Of a stretch of DNA of 64,000 bases, positions 1 to 12,899 are shown piece by piece. Source of the DNA: Ascidiella aspersa (taxonomy: Eukaryota). The stretch covers positions 34,100,001 through 34,164,000 of the forward strand of contig OZ004608.1 of NCBI GenBank assembly GCA_963924565.1. Reading direction: 5' to 3'. Under the pieces are notes generated by a model. It saw only the letters and a program-made list of their open reading frames with translations. It had not been told where the DNA came from and did not search any database. The first letter of the stretch is position 1. Each line of letters begins with the position of its first letter. A program made the position numbers and the translations under genes.

Positions 1-204
1 TTTTGTGCGTCAAAGCGTCAAGTCTCTTTATTTATAAGGCAAAATTTGTGCGAATTTATACCACATAACACTATCATTGTTATAGGCGCAATTCCCACTT
101 TATTTCAATTCACCAATTGTCCACGAGTCTGGGCACACCAGTTGCCATTTTACAAATATTTTAACCAGGAACACTTAGTTTAAAAGCGACGATGTTCTTG
201 CCAG

Positions 205-343
205 GCACGACCGAGTTGATTGACAGCTCGCTTCCTCACAACTACAGCCGCCCTTCGTCCGCACGGAGCGCCCCAGAGTCGACGTACAGAACGCCAAGAA
301 GGGATCTCTCCTTCTCAGGTGAATTCGACGAACCATTAACAAG
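205..343 (+). CDS. SPATA6: SPATA6-like protein, internal coding exon (gene starts upstream of the window, or at the in-frame ATG 192)
   Basis: Acceptor ttcttgccAG|205 and donor 343|GTaaag. Open frame TTELIDSSLPHNYSRPSSARSAPESTYRTPRRDLSFSGEFDEPLT. The phase-2 end matches the next exon. Confidence 0.7.
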
Positions 344-1189
344 GTAAAGGGCTAATTTGCTGAATTATTTCACTATTTTATGCTGCTTAATACTTGTATG
401 TTGCGTCCAAAAACGTGCAAATAAAAATTCGTTACCTGATGTTTGCATAGTTCAAGTAGATTGTCTTGTCGGACTAGTTCCTAGTTTAGGCAATACTTGC
501 CAAGGCTGCCGATACAACTGTTGTATTTCACTATCATCCGCGAATATATTATGTGTCGCTGTTTTTGACGAGCGTAATTAAACCACAGAGACGGGGCTAA
601 GACCTTTTGGTCACTCGGTTAATATATTTTGGAGCTAAAGTATACTAATATATTTTTACAGAAAAACGTTATATTCTAATATAAACGTAGTATTTATTTA
701 TTTAAACTTTTAAAAGGTAAATATGTTTTTCCCAGTACAATCTTAACAAGATAAAAGTTAAACAGCTAAATGTGCATTGCCGCCTGTTCTTAATTTTTGC
801 TAATATCCACCTAACAATTCTATTTTTTAATGGCAGAGCCTGTTTTAACAATCCTATTTTTGTTGGTACGTCAATAAAACTAAAAAAAATCCGAGCCTTT
901 AATATATGCTTTACAAAGCCGGGTTCGTGTTTTGTTTTTAGTCCTGTAAAAAGTATCTGTTAAAAGGTAGATTCATTCCAAATGAAGAACTGAAAAGATC
1001 GTTTTAGTTTAGACGAAATAATATTCCTTTAAGAAAACTCTGGTTCCGTATTTTACTCGGGTTTCTTACGGGTTTTATTTGTTCATTTAGTCGTATTGTT
1101 TAAAAAAAAACAAGCTGTTTTATTGTTTCACATTCGGTGAGTTTGACAAATGAATATTTTTGACTATTAACCCTGTATTTTGCGAGTAG

Positions 1190-1337
1190 AAGCAGTAAGG
1201 CGGCGGCCCCGGGTTCGATCCTCTACCGAACCCCATTACGAGAGCGCTTCTCCACAAACAACGAACCCTCGCCTTACGAGAAGATCAGGGATCGGGTCAG
1301 GGACTTGCTCCGATCTCCCAGGGCTACGCAAATCGTG
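1190..1337 (+). CDS. SPATA6: SPATA6-like protein, internal coding exon
   Basis: NAGNAG acceptor (gAGtAG) and donor GTaagt. Encodes SSKAAAPGSILYRTPLRERFSTNNEPSPYEKIRDRVRDLLRSPRATQIV, which resembles the SPATA6 block 'LRERF...EIHDRVKNVLKS' (recalled from the vertebrate protein). Phase 2 in, phase 0 out. Confidence 0.85.
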
Positions 1338-2132
1338 GTAAGTTAGGTTTGAGGCCTGTTCAACTCGCTGTTTAGTGTCTTATTACAGTGCTTTCGTTTT
1401 GTTCACCCCTAGCATCTATCTCCAGATTTCATTCGCCCTTGTCTCATGATATGATAAAACTATCTCGTCTCTATATAACAGCACCCGGAATATTCGCCCT
1501 GTTTGTAAGCTATCATCCATTTCCGACAGTTCACCCTTATTCACCCCTTTGGTTGGTTTACAGAAATTTTATTCACCCTGGGGTGAACCATTCACCTGAT
1601 TAAGAAACACTGTCTTATAATTAATATACCTGTCGTGAAATCATGACTAGTAGGATAGATTAGATATGGTCTTTGGCAGTGCTGTAAACATCTCATTTTT
1701 CTAGAATAACTTTGGCCCAAGTTAAGGTTTTTTGCAAAAAATAACAACTAAAGTTCGAGTTGACTCAATATTAGAGCAAGTTATTGACTAAAAAACTTAA
1801 CATATTAAAATTGGTAAACTCGTCCAATTCCTAAGCTATAACTCAACTTGAACTTCATAAAAAGCAATGTATAGCAAGCAAATTGTTTTCCGTGCAAAAA
1901 TTAATAAACCGTAAAAAAAAAAAAAAACTCTATTTTTACCTAGGTCATTTGCCCAACAGAATGTCAAGTTAAGTAGTTTTGGTCTAAAGACTGAAGTCAA
2001 GTAAATTAGTCAGGTCATTTGAAAAAACTGACTTTATATTTTGCGTTGAAGAACATATCCTAATAATTCTGAAGCTAACCCTTCCTGTATTATATTGAAC
2101 ACCTTCTTGATAACGCCTCACTTTTATTGCAG

Positions 2133-2215
2133 GGAGATTCAATCGCTGAGGCAAGCGACAGATACTGGGAACGAAAAAGTGCGACTCCCTCACCCAGATC
2201 TCCTCGCTCGCCAAG
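2133..2215 (+). CDS. SPATA6: SPATA6-like protein, internal coding exon
   Basis: Acceptor cttttattgcAG and donor GTacta. Encodes GDSIAEASDRYWERKSATPSPRSPRSP. Phase 0 in and phase 2 out fit both neighbours. Confidence 0.75.
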
Positions 2216-4156
2216 GTACTATTAGGCAGGTCAGCAAAAGTAGAACTTTGTCTAAATAATTGTTTCTTACCACGACCGTGTCCTTCTCCGTACTTATAAT
2301 AAGGGATGTCCGAAATGTGTTTTATTCTGATACCGATACCCTATATTTTGGTCAAGAAGTATCACCATTAGGTTCAATGCCGAATGACGTCATAATTATA
2401 TAGTCTTATGGGCAAAATTGTTGGTTTCAAACCTGCGAAGAAAACGATTGGTTTTTAAAGACAAAATCTGGCGTAGCGTTAAAAGCGCCTGGCTGTGGCT
2501 TTCAAGCTTTTAAATTACAGGCTTTGTCGTATTTTATTTACAGTCGCGTCGCTTCTTATCAGTTTTTATAAATTTGACTTTTTTTTAATATTTCTTATTG
2601 ATCGGTGCACGGCAAACTCAGTATCACAAAGCGTTTCTTGTCATTTGAGATGAGCCCACTGATACAGTACCACATCTTGCATTGTACTGATCGCAGCTTG
2701 ACCTGATGAACTACCGTGCTAGGTATCCCAAATCCAAGTAGAACCTCATTTTCAATCGGCGTCAGCGTCAAATCACGCAATGCCAGGTCAAATGGCCACT
2801 TCGAAGGGCTCTAGGCTCCTATTTTTAGCTACGTTTTTTGTGACACTCCTGAGCAGTTCGCTGAGCCCTTCAAAAAAACAAGCCGGGTCCCTTTTCCCAT
2901 GTTTTTCTTACTGATTGACTTGGAATGTCCAAAATATCGGCATGGTGGTGATGCCCAATGCTAAAGTTTTCTTATCGGTATTATTCTGACACCGGCGTGT
3001 TATAGGTGCCGATGTGATACCAAATTAAAATAGGAAATTTATCCATGATTGGCGAACTAACAAAGCGATTCCACTTTGAAACTAAATTTAACAACTGGTG
3101 GTAAATAAACGTAAAAAAAACGAGTTTTGGCCTAAAAGAACCATCTTTGAACATTTCCATTTCATTTGTTTTTCATTTTTGAGTAGAGTAAGGCGTCATC
3201 GTATGGTATAATTTTTCCAAAAAGTCGTGTATGGTTATCGAAAAAAAAAACGTCTCAGGACATCCTTAAACGTGCAGAAGACTCAGGCACAAAATAGTGA
3301 AGTCGGCCTGTTTTCACGGAATGCAAACTGACCAATGTAATTGACGCAACTTTGTCGTCCCACCTTCACTTCTCAATCCTTCCAGTGAGAACAACAACAG
3401 GACGTGATATCGGGGCTGTTAGTCGTCCAATTGCCAATTGGCTCGCGTCGACAGGCCTCTTATAAGCTCGCTTGATCGAGACAATTGATAACTTCCAAAG
3501 TGTTGCTAAATACAGGGGTGATATATAAAGGTCAAAGGTTACGGAACTGCTTGACGCCAAATCGTGCTTTTTTCAGTGCGTAACTCAGGTCGTGATCTGT
3601 AAGGTTTTGCGCTTAATTGCTGATTGGGTTTAGGTTATTTTTATGGCTTTTACCATCCAATTAAGGTGATATAATTATTTTAAGGCATATTGTTTGGATG
3701 CTGCAGTAAGAATTACAAAGCCCATACAGAAGTAGGGTCATTTTGAACAGTTTGAACATCTCTTATACTCACTTTCGTATAGAGAGATCAATCGATATCA
3801 CTTTTTTAGACCGATGCTGATACTCGATTTTTTACAATTTTGTTAACCGATACCCGATACCGATTTTTTTATATACCTGGGAAATGTAAAAAAACCTAAA
3901 TTACTCGAAAATCAAATCCTAATCACAGTTTAGTTTATGTAACTTTATTAATTATAAACTATTATTTTGCATATTAACTTAGCGTGTTGCTAAAATCCAT
4001 TTGTTGTACTGGAAAAATGAAATCATATTTTTGTACTTACATATCGGCCTACATTTACCGATATATCGGTAGAAGCCAAATATCGGCCGATATCATCGGT
4101 GAACCGATATGTGCGCCCCCAAATGCTTACCCCAAACCCCACTTTGTACCCCCTAG

Positions 4157-4313
4157 GACCCCAGCCGGCGTGAGCGTTCGACTTGGAGCTGACAGCTACT
4201 GGAACGAACGAGCAAGTGAGTACAGCGGCCGCTCACACCGGCAAGTGTTCGACAACAGTGTCGAGAAAATCTACGACGACATTTACCGACGCCACAAGAC
4301 CTCCAAACCGTGA
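4157..4313 (+). CDS. SPATA6: SPATA6-like protein, terminal coding exon
   Basis: Acceptor ccccTAG. Encodes TPAGVSVRLGADSYWNERASEYSGRSHRQVFDNSVEKIYDDIYRRHKTSKP*, matching the recalled SPATA6 C-terminal motif 'HLDDGEYWSNRAASYKGKSHRPIFENSMDKMYRNLYKK'. Confidence 0.88.
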
Positions 4314-6438
4314 CCTCCTGTTGTAAGAAAACTAGGCATGTTTAATTTACACTTCAAACGCACGTTAAAGTGAGCATATTTTCTTGCTACTCGTTCGCTC
4401 AATGGTTGGAGGTAGGCCCCGTTTTCTACCTATTTTTGTGCTATTTCAACTGTACATTGGTCAATTCAAAGTTTTCAGTTTTTTGTTTTCTATCCCAATT
4501 CACAAAAAACGGTAGTTTAAGGTTTAAACATGACCACTAAAAGTAACTTGCTTTATTTCTACTCGCTTTTATAATTAGTTTAGTTTCTTTACATTTTTGG
4601 TGAAAAATCGCATAAACCTTGGGTAGAAAATAGAATAACGTTTGTAAGGTGACCTTGTTATTTAGTGGTCAACCATGAGGGAAAAGCTGTTCAATCAAAA
4701 TTGCAAAATGTGCTTTACTTTGTATGCATGTCGCTGTACAACGTAGATACCAAACCTGTTTAAACCAGGATTATTACAACAATTTTTAACTGACAAATCT
4801 TACTAGTAGTTTTATTGGACCCTTAACGATAATACTTTTGTGTTAAGCTGTATTCAACTAGAACAACTGCACACGTACAATCGTACATTGTACAATTCGC
4901 TTAATTAGGCCCCATATGTTAACCGTTAGGGTCTCGTTTTTGCTAAATTTTTAATAAAACTTGCTATGGGATTGGTAGTTTGCAAAAATCTATCTGGAAC
5001 TAATCGAGTTCTAAAATGAGTTTGCAACTTTTTAAAAGAAGCGCTGAAAAAGTGTGCTCTTTACCAGGAGTGCAACCTTTTTTAACGCAAATACTAAAGA
5101 AACATTTTGGTTGTGAAATTAGAATAGAGTTTACATACACATTAAAAGCGTTTCTTTCTAATTAAACTTTATATAAAAACAGTTTAAAAACCCCTGCTTT
5201 ATCACTTGTTCCCAACTGAGTTCCATTTTCAAAGAAGCCCATTTACGAATACCTTATTTTCGCTCAATCCCCTGTGTATAGTTGTCACCCTGTAGCTTCT
5301 AACTTTCCTGTGTCTTGTATGTGTATTGTAAACTGAATATTATGCTTTGTAGTTCGCTTCGCAAAAGAGTTCTATTTTTGCTCGCGCTGAGAAATGTCTA
5401 TTTTTTGTACGACGGCTTCTGTTTTGGCCCAATTGGCGACAGAGTAACTTTTTTTAGCCTTCATTGGCATGTAATGTGTTTTTGTATGCTTGAATATGTT
5501 TCGTTTTATAAAGTTGTCGAAAATGCGACTCTTTATAATTCGTTAAATTTGCGTACGGCAATGTGTATAAAATAATAAAGTTTATTGCTTTTAAATAAAA
5601 CAAAGCAGGAATTAAGGCCAGAACTCGTTAAATTTTAACAGGGTGTCCACAAAGTCTTTTAAAACCCTTTGTTTTTTTTTTAATTTACGAATTTTAACTT
5701 TTCAAAAAAACATTTTTTTATTGCGTTAACCATGCTATTTTTGCGAATTAAGAAATAAATTAAAAAACGTCGAGCGATTTATTTTTAGGTCTGTGTAAAG
5801 CTATAAATTGTCTTTAGTCTTTGAATGTCTTTAAAATTTTATCATAAAACTGTGTGATAACCCTGTATAACGTTCCTGTCTTCGGTGAACAGATTAAACT
5901 GTTTAGATAACGTAAAACTATTCGACGCACATGTCATTTTTGTAACTTTTTAGTAATGCAGTGTTACTGTGCTCTGTGTTCTGTGTGACCCAATATCTTC
6001 ATCCATAATTGTTGCTGTAGCTTAAACCCGTAGCCGCCCTTATTTCTTTAGTGGTTGCGTATTATTTAATTCGCGTAGTTGTACAAGGCCGACTATTTTT
6101 TATTGTGTACGTTCGACAAAGAAGGTTTCATATTTTTCTACTTGTGTTAGAGAATTTTTTTTCGGGCATGATTTTTCCAAGTAAATTAATAAACCATTTA
6201 CGCATGTATAGGTTTGTTGATTTTCCGGCCGGTTTTCTTTGTGCAGGAATGTCGTATTATACGTAGGTTCTGTGTTTTTTTAAGGTGTTTTGGTGACCGA
6301 AACGGTCCCCCATATTTCTCTAGCGGTTTCCCAAATTTTGGACTTGCAAATTTTTGGTATTTAAATGAAACACTTGCGGTCTCTTAAAACTTAGCGGTCA
6401 CCCAAACCAAACCTTAAAAAAAAAACCTGCGTAGGTTC

Positions 6439-6667
6439 TTTGGATGTCCGATAATATCGGATCGGAGCCGATACTCGACCGATACTAGGGAGGTATCGGT
6501 GCCGATCCGATACCAAAGTTTGCCTGACAACCTGGAAAAGTTTACCGCTGAACGTTTTAATTTTATCTATTCTACTTGCTTTACGTAGCAATATCATCAT
6601 TTGGGATCGGATCAGATCAGATCGCGATCGGCATCGGAATAGAATATCGAATATCGGACCATTCCTA
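6439..6667. mobile_element. hAT-type MITE, TAGGGATGTCCGA-TIR family rich in ATCGG/CCGAT motifs
   Basis: Ends tttGGATGTCCGATA and TATCGGACcATtCCTA. 8-bp TSD GTAGGTTC/GTAGGTTG (6431-6438, 6668-6675). Related copies or fragments near 2300-2340, 3780-4110, 9415-9625, 40942-41320 and 47917-48004. Confidence 0.7.
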
Positions 6668-6940
6668 GTAGGTTGCTCCGAAAATCTAGCAAATTTCCGA
6701 ATATAACAATTTGCTTAATCGAGGTTTACTGTCCGAGTTAAAATCTCACAACAGGCTGTCTTTAGTTCGAATCTCACCACATGCTTACGAACGAAATACA
6801 GCAGGCTACAGTATGTTGGTTGGTTGAAGAATTTCTTATCGGCTAAAACTAACGTTCAGTCAATAAAGCGACGTTCCTGGTATTAGGTCGTTGGTTCGAA
6901 CCACAGGCTACTATGTGAACCGGATACAGCAGGCAACGGT

Positions 6941-7005
6941 GCTATGGTGGTCAATCGACTTCCACCGCTCTTTACCAACGTCGTGAGTTCGAATCTCACC
7001 ACAGT
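6941..7005 (+). pseudogene. tRNA-derived remnant, part of a small cluster of tRNA-like fragments (6735-7040)
   Basis: T-arm GTGAG-TTCGAAT-CTCAC with B-box and an imperfect acceptor stem GCTATGG/CCACAGT, but no foldable anticodon arm. Related GTTCGAA(TCTCA)CCAC units recur at ~6765 and ~6895. Confidence 0.5.
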
Positions 7006-7639
7006 TAAGTTTTAAGAACGGGATGCAGCAGGCAACGGTTTTAAGACCACTTTCAACTGAGCCTGTGAAGCTTAATCGCTAAAGCATCGGTCGCAATATG
7101 ATCGATTATTATAAAATCACAATCTAACCGCAAGTTAGTTTTTGCATTGTCTTGCACAAAAACCAACGAAAGAAAATATAAAGCATTCGTTTTCTATTGT
7201 GGATTGAAAAAAATAATCTGTTGTCTGACGCCCATTTTGAAAAAGGCGACTTTGCGGTAATTACAAATCTATCTGCGGCTGGGAAAAGTCGCAAACAAAT
7301 ACAGGACTTACAATTCAAATGAACCGAACTCGAGAGTAATTGGAATATGACAGCTGGACTGGCCACTGCTTGAACAAATCACATCAACACTTTACCACTT
7401 CAAGTCGCCGTGAAGCACAAAAAGAGCTCATCTTCAAAATAGGTCAGTTAACTTGGCCCCTAAACGAGCTGGGCTCTCTATTTTTTTTCATTTTTACACC
7501 TTGGCTAGTTCATATGGTATTTTTTAAGAGAGTCTCCTACGAATTTGATAGAAATAAAATATGCAAGAATTTATTTTTAATTTTAGCTCTTTTATCACCA
7601 AATGTGTAGTCTTTAAAGCAGCCTGTTCACTTGTCGAAG

Positions 7640-8059
7640 CAGTGTTGTTAACAGGTAAAAATACTTTAGTCCCAGTGTTAAGTCATTTAAAATAACTTTT
7701 TGAGTCCAAGTAAGCCTTTCAAAAAATAACAAGTCCCAATCCATGTTATCAGTTGTCCGAGTTGAATGCCAGGTTTTCTAAAGTAAAATAAAATATAAAA
7801 ATGGATAAACTTGTCTTGTTTATTAACAATAATTCAAGTTAAAGATTACACAAAAAACATGTAGCAACTTAAATTGTTTTCCATGTAAAGAGTAAGATAA
7901 ATAGCAATTTCATAACAAAGTGTAAATAAAAATACTTGTAGTTTCAACCCAAGTCAATTCATTTGTTTAAAAGAATCCAGGTAAGTCATCTAATTTTCCA
8001 AAAACAACTTCAGTAAATCGTGTACAAACATGGGCTGAATTCAAGTCATTATAGCACTG
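7640..8059. mobile_element. MITE, CAGTGTTGTA-TIR family with internal GACTTGA/TCAAGTC motifs
   Basis: Ends CAGTGTTGT and ATAGCACTG, with many CAAGTC motifs. Other copies near 22240-22497, 35792-35960, 36873-37205, 39150-39330, 45010-45187 and 55864-56206. Confidence 0.55.
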
Positions 8060-10743
8060 TCTAAATAAAGATAACGAGAGTTGGACTGGTTTTAAAAACG
8101 GCCACAAGAGTCGGCCGTTTATGTTCTGCCCATTTCCAAAGACACCTGACAAAATGAAATGACCCGTGTAGCATTGCAAGTGACCAGGACTACAGCACGC
8201 GTCATTGTCAGCTCGTAAATGGACATCAACTACTCTGCTCACTTGGCATTGATGGATGACCATTAGAGTGGGCCTTGGCAAAAGTGGTCTACAGTTAGAT
8301 CGTCAATGTCGGAAACTTTAGGATGCTTGAATTCAATTAGGATGCTTGGATTCAGACGGACCGTTGAGTTACTTGATCTATATCCGTTTAAAAATCATTA
8401 GGTGAACAGTGACTCAGCTGTAGACCAGCGATTGAGTTATGTATGTTATTAATAGTATTCTTCACGGAGACTACACATTCACCCTTGTAACAATTGTTTC
8501 GCTTATTCCACAAAAACAATTGTTGATATATTTAAGCTAATTCACAAAATTTTACGCCTTACGAAAAACTAAAACTAACGTCAATTTTTGAGCTTTCTGT
8601 CGTAAGTCACCTAAAAACTCGGCATTTGGTTAAAAAATATAGTTACTCATTATGCTGAGTTTTCAGTAAGTTATACAACTTTGGTAATATGTGATATAAA
8701 TTTAACAACGGTAACTTTTCAGCATTAATATTATTAAACGTCTTGGTTGGCTTACCTTCTGGAATAATCGTTAAGAAAAAGGTAAATCTGGTTAAAACGA
8801 TGTGCCAAGGGCCCTATATTTCTATTTGGGTTTTGTTCATTCATCACATAATTTTTTTAAACAATACGACCCCTGTTAAAGGCCTGTGCGCTTGGACTTG
8901 TGACTTTAGGTCTGGTTTCTAAAACGGAAATTCCTGCATTTTTTGGTGAGTATAGGCTACAGCATATGTTTATGAAATACACAGGCCAAAGGTAGCAGTT
9001 TCTGCCTTAACATCAACAAGAGGCGTACATTACAAAAAACTGAAAACGTCGCCCAAAAATCATTTGCAAAATTTCTTATGCCTATGTTTTACAGATTTGT
9101 TAAAATTTCCAATTCGATCTGTTTCTTGAATAGCCTAAGGTTGTTCAGTTTTGATGTCTGAACTGTTTACCGATCGACCGCTAAAGGGCGTCAACACCTC
9201 GTGATGTTTTTCGTGTTTGACCAGCGCTTTTCTTTCTAGATTTTTCTTCGGGCTTGACCTTCTCGGACCAATCCTATTCAGGAAACTGTTGAACGAAGCA
9301 TTGAGCAACTCACCTGACTGACCATAGCGAAAACAAGTCCGTACAAGACAAGCCTAACTAAGGTATAGTTCGCTGAACCTTGCTTACGCTCATATTATAG
9401 CGTCATGAAGTTATTAGGGATGTCCAATCCTTCTAAATATGATACACGCTATGTTATGGGCTAACGACAGGAGGAACCGATGCCAAATTTTTAATTACTA
9501 AAAAATTAGTAACATAAATAAAACCTAAATGTGTAAAAGGTAAAATTGACTACAGAATTTTTCTATTGGCACATATACCATTCCTTCGGTATAGGTTTCT
9601 ATATCATATGTTCTCCGAACATTCACTTGTTCCAATAAAAGCAACACGCCGAAGACTTTTGTTGGCATGTGTTAAAATGGTCGTTCGTTTCGGTATTTTT
9701 CTTGAGCATAATTATTTTCCCATCCAATATATCCAACACATTTTGGGCAACAAAAAATGCCTTAAAACAAAAACAGGAAGTGTTGATAACAAATGTGCTA
9801 TTGTGCTCACTTGGAAACATTTGTTGATAGTGCAAACTTGCCTATCATGACTCAGCAAATCCACGATGGAGTTACGTAACTGCTATTTATCGGATATCGA
9901 TTCATTGATTTATTATTGCAATTGGATTGGCAGTTAATCTCACTCTCCTATGCCATATTTAAAGATGTCAAAAGCGAAATATCATAAACTTCTACAGATT
10001 TTTAGCCAAATACAGCATTAAACTACTTACTTTTTCTATTTTAAAGTTTCTCAGAGTCAAGATAGCGAAAGCAAAAAAATCAAAGCGAAAATAGAAGCAA
10101 GCGGAAACTGAGTATGTTTCCAAGTGTTTAGGTTAAACCCAACATATTTCAAAACAACGTTCTTTAATCAAACCTAATACGATTACGTTATTTATTCAGT
10201 TACACGTTCTGTTTAGAATAAGTATAAATCTATGTAAGGTGTAGTCTACACTTTAACGCAAGGGCTTCCATAAAGTACACAAGAATCGTGACCCGGGGCG
10301 GCTGCAAGAATGTCGAAAGATCCGGGTCAGTCGGAAGTTTATTTGCGGTGACCTTGGATTCGCCCGAAGGTCACCGAACCACGTGGCGACCGCTGAGTGC
10401 TACAACCCGGCAGGCCGGCACCCAACCTCGCAATTAACCGCGAAACAACGGCCTTGTGGTCAGAATGGGCGCGTAGCAATTACAAACTCTTTTGTCTCTC
10501 GCTTGGCCGACCTGCTAATTTTCAGCTCCACGCTTTCGGAAAAGAAACGTGATGAGATTTCTGCGAAAATCAACAACGCTTTCGGGTGTGGGTGACAGAT
10601 GGGTAGGAGCTCGCGTTTTGCCAAAGGGTGTAACAAGGTTTGGTTTCGAGTTGTCATTGACAGCTTTCTGTTAAACCTGTGGTTTGTTAATTAACAAACT
10701 CGCAGCACATTTTTAATAAAACCTTACAATTACAATCACAACT

Positions 10744-11201
10744 CAGAGCTTCTTAACCCTTTTCCGCGGCGACCCAACATCTAAAGCGTAGAAGTACAAC
10801 AACAAGTTTTGGCGACCCAATTCTCTAACTGCACTTTTTGTAAGCGAGTAAACATAAGAAATTGGGATTACTCAGTGCGAATTTAATTAATATTAGCCAT
10901 GTCTTACGCAATATTCCCAAATTATGGAAAATTATTTATCAGATTTTGGAGCATAATGGTTGGAGGTTGTAGTAAGACGTAATAAGAATATCAAAGCCCA
11001 TACAGATGATACCTACTTCTACCTACTTCTACCTACTTCTGTATGGGCTTTGATATTCTTATTACGTATTTATCAGATGTTTTATTTTTAATTTTCTAAT
11101 CTTAATAAATCTGACCATATAAAAACTACTGCACTCGGTGAACCAACTAATTTAAACGGTCACCCAATTTTGGGTCGCGATCCATAGGTTGTGAAACACT
11201 A
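10744..11201 (+). mobile_element. hAT MITE (CAGTGTTTCTCAACC / GGGTCGCGACCCA family) carrying a nested hairpin retroelement
   Basis: Degenerate TIRs CAGAGCTTCTTAACC and GGTTGTGAAACACTA, with subterminal GCGACCCA motifs. Homologous to 12900-13379 and 22672-23004. Confidence 0.75.
10945..11066 (-). mobile_element. Penelope-like asymmetric hairpin element, family A (internally truncated)
   Basis: Arms ACGTAATAAGAATATCAAAGCCCATACAGA / TCTGTATGGGCTTTGATATTCTTATTACGT. A ~30-nt unpaired tail TTGGAGCATAATGGTTGGAGGTTGTAGTAAG on one side only. Perfect 12-bp TSD TATTTATCAGAT (10933-10944, 11067-11078). Confidence 0.75.
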
Positions 11202-11489
11202 TTCTAACAAAGAGCAGAGGTGAAAGTTAACCGGAACGACCCGAAATGGTTCTGGTAAAATAATATTTGCAGATACGCCGAACCATTTAAAATGTTATTT
11301 TTTACCATCTCCTTGGATGTATTTAAATTGAGATTTCAGTTGCTTAAGATCGCTTGTTTTGGGCGTCCTATTATGACGTAACTGGTGGCGTCATCTATGA
11401 AAATTTTCATGCTTTCCGGAAAAAATATTTCATACGTCACTAATTTTTTTGCTTCGGGCAAATCACAATCTTACCTTTTATTGCCAAAA

Positions 11490-11935
11490 TCAAACCCGGT
11501 TTTTGAATAGAACTTGTAACTATGGTTGTACAGTCCACCCCTACTGTAATTATGTTCCTGGCCTACACGTATTGACCAGGCCTCGTTGATTGGGAAATTT
11601 TGCTAAACCCTACATGCGCCCAAAATATATTTTTTTGCAAATAAACAAAACAGACCAGGATTCGTAATAGAACTTGTACCTAATGTTGAACAACCCATCC
11701 CCACCGTAATTATTTCTAAAAGTTGATGGGATAGGACATTTTCCGCCACATTTTGGATTGTTTGATAATTTAATGTCAACCATTTCGTCTTACGAAACGA
11801 TCACGCGAATTTGTAAAAGAGCGTGTACCTGTACTGTTGGAAAGCCCACCCCACTATCATTATGTTTCTGGCCTACACAAATTGACCAAGCCACTTGATT
11901 GCGACATTTTGCTAAACCCTTGAAACGCGCCCGAA
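11490..11935. repeat. Degenerate ~155-bp tandem repeat, about 3 units
   Basis: AGAACTTGTA(A/C)CTA..GTTG..CA..CCA.CCC.AC..T.ATTAT recurs at ~11510, ~11670 and ~11820. CTGGCCTACAC...ATTTTGCTAAACCCT occurs twice. Confidence 0.6.
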
Positions 11936-12899
11936 ATAACTCCTCTTTCGAAGTAGAACTTTCAAGAAGGTTTTTTTCACTCGAGAGACCGTGCGACTTT
12001 TCGCAAAATAACCCTCTACGCCGTTGGACCGCGTTCCGGCTATAAATAGAACGGGCGTGTTGTCAGCTCCAAGTGCATTGGGTCTTTGTGCCGATCGCTT
12101 CCCAAACTGCAATAAACGGTTCCCGTTCGGGCTGGGTCCAACGATGACGTAAGCTCGCCTGTGACGTAGCAGACACGGCGTGGAGTAATTTGCCGTCCTA
12201 CCTTATGTGACAAGCGTGTGAAAATGCAGGGCGGCCCTCGTATACCCTCTCTCGACGCGACAGGGACTTTTTTGCGTGTAAAGGCAAACCCTGCTGGATT
12301 TATTTCCACGCTGTGATTCGCGAGCCCGCTCCCCATTTGGGGCGTTTACGTGGTTGACATTGTGCAGTGGTTTCTAAAAGGTTTTACTCATCTGCCGTAC
12401 AACCTTTGCCAATAGCAGGACCGCTTCAATTTTCGAACAAAAAATATATCGCATAATATTCACACTTACAATTCATCAAATCACTACACATACGAACTTC
12501 CTAATTGGCATAACTTTCAAAGGATTTTTTTGAACTCAATGAAGACCATGTGCTCCGGGTATATATTTATAATTTTTTTAAGTTTTGTTTTATTTTTTTG
12601 ATAACGAACCCTTCTCAAGTGATTGCAACACGGACTCGGGTTTGAAAACAAATAGTTGATGATTGGCCTATAAAGCTGAGCTTTGAAAGTTTAAGAAAAA
12701 TTAAATGACCTAACGAATCCTCAATATCGATTGACCCCTTGTGTCTAATTAAGATAGTTTTATCTTCACGCAACGTGCAATTTTCAAGTGGAAAATAATA
12801 GACCGGTACACTTCATTACGCGTGAGAAATATGTCGTACTTATTTCACCCAATATGGATATACAAATTGTCATTTTATAAATATTTCAACCTTTTAAGG

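Noticed and set aside
1200-1230. GGTTCGATCC B-box suggesting a tRNA or SINE
   Set aside because: It lies inside a phase-compatible SPATA6 coding exon (PGSIL); there is no A-box or cloverleaf.
2703-2735. CTGATGA followed by a small hairpin (possible hammerhead)
   Set aside because: No GAAA follows stem II and there is no hairpin/tail architecture.
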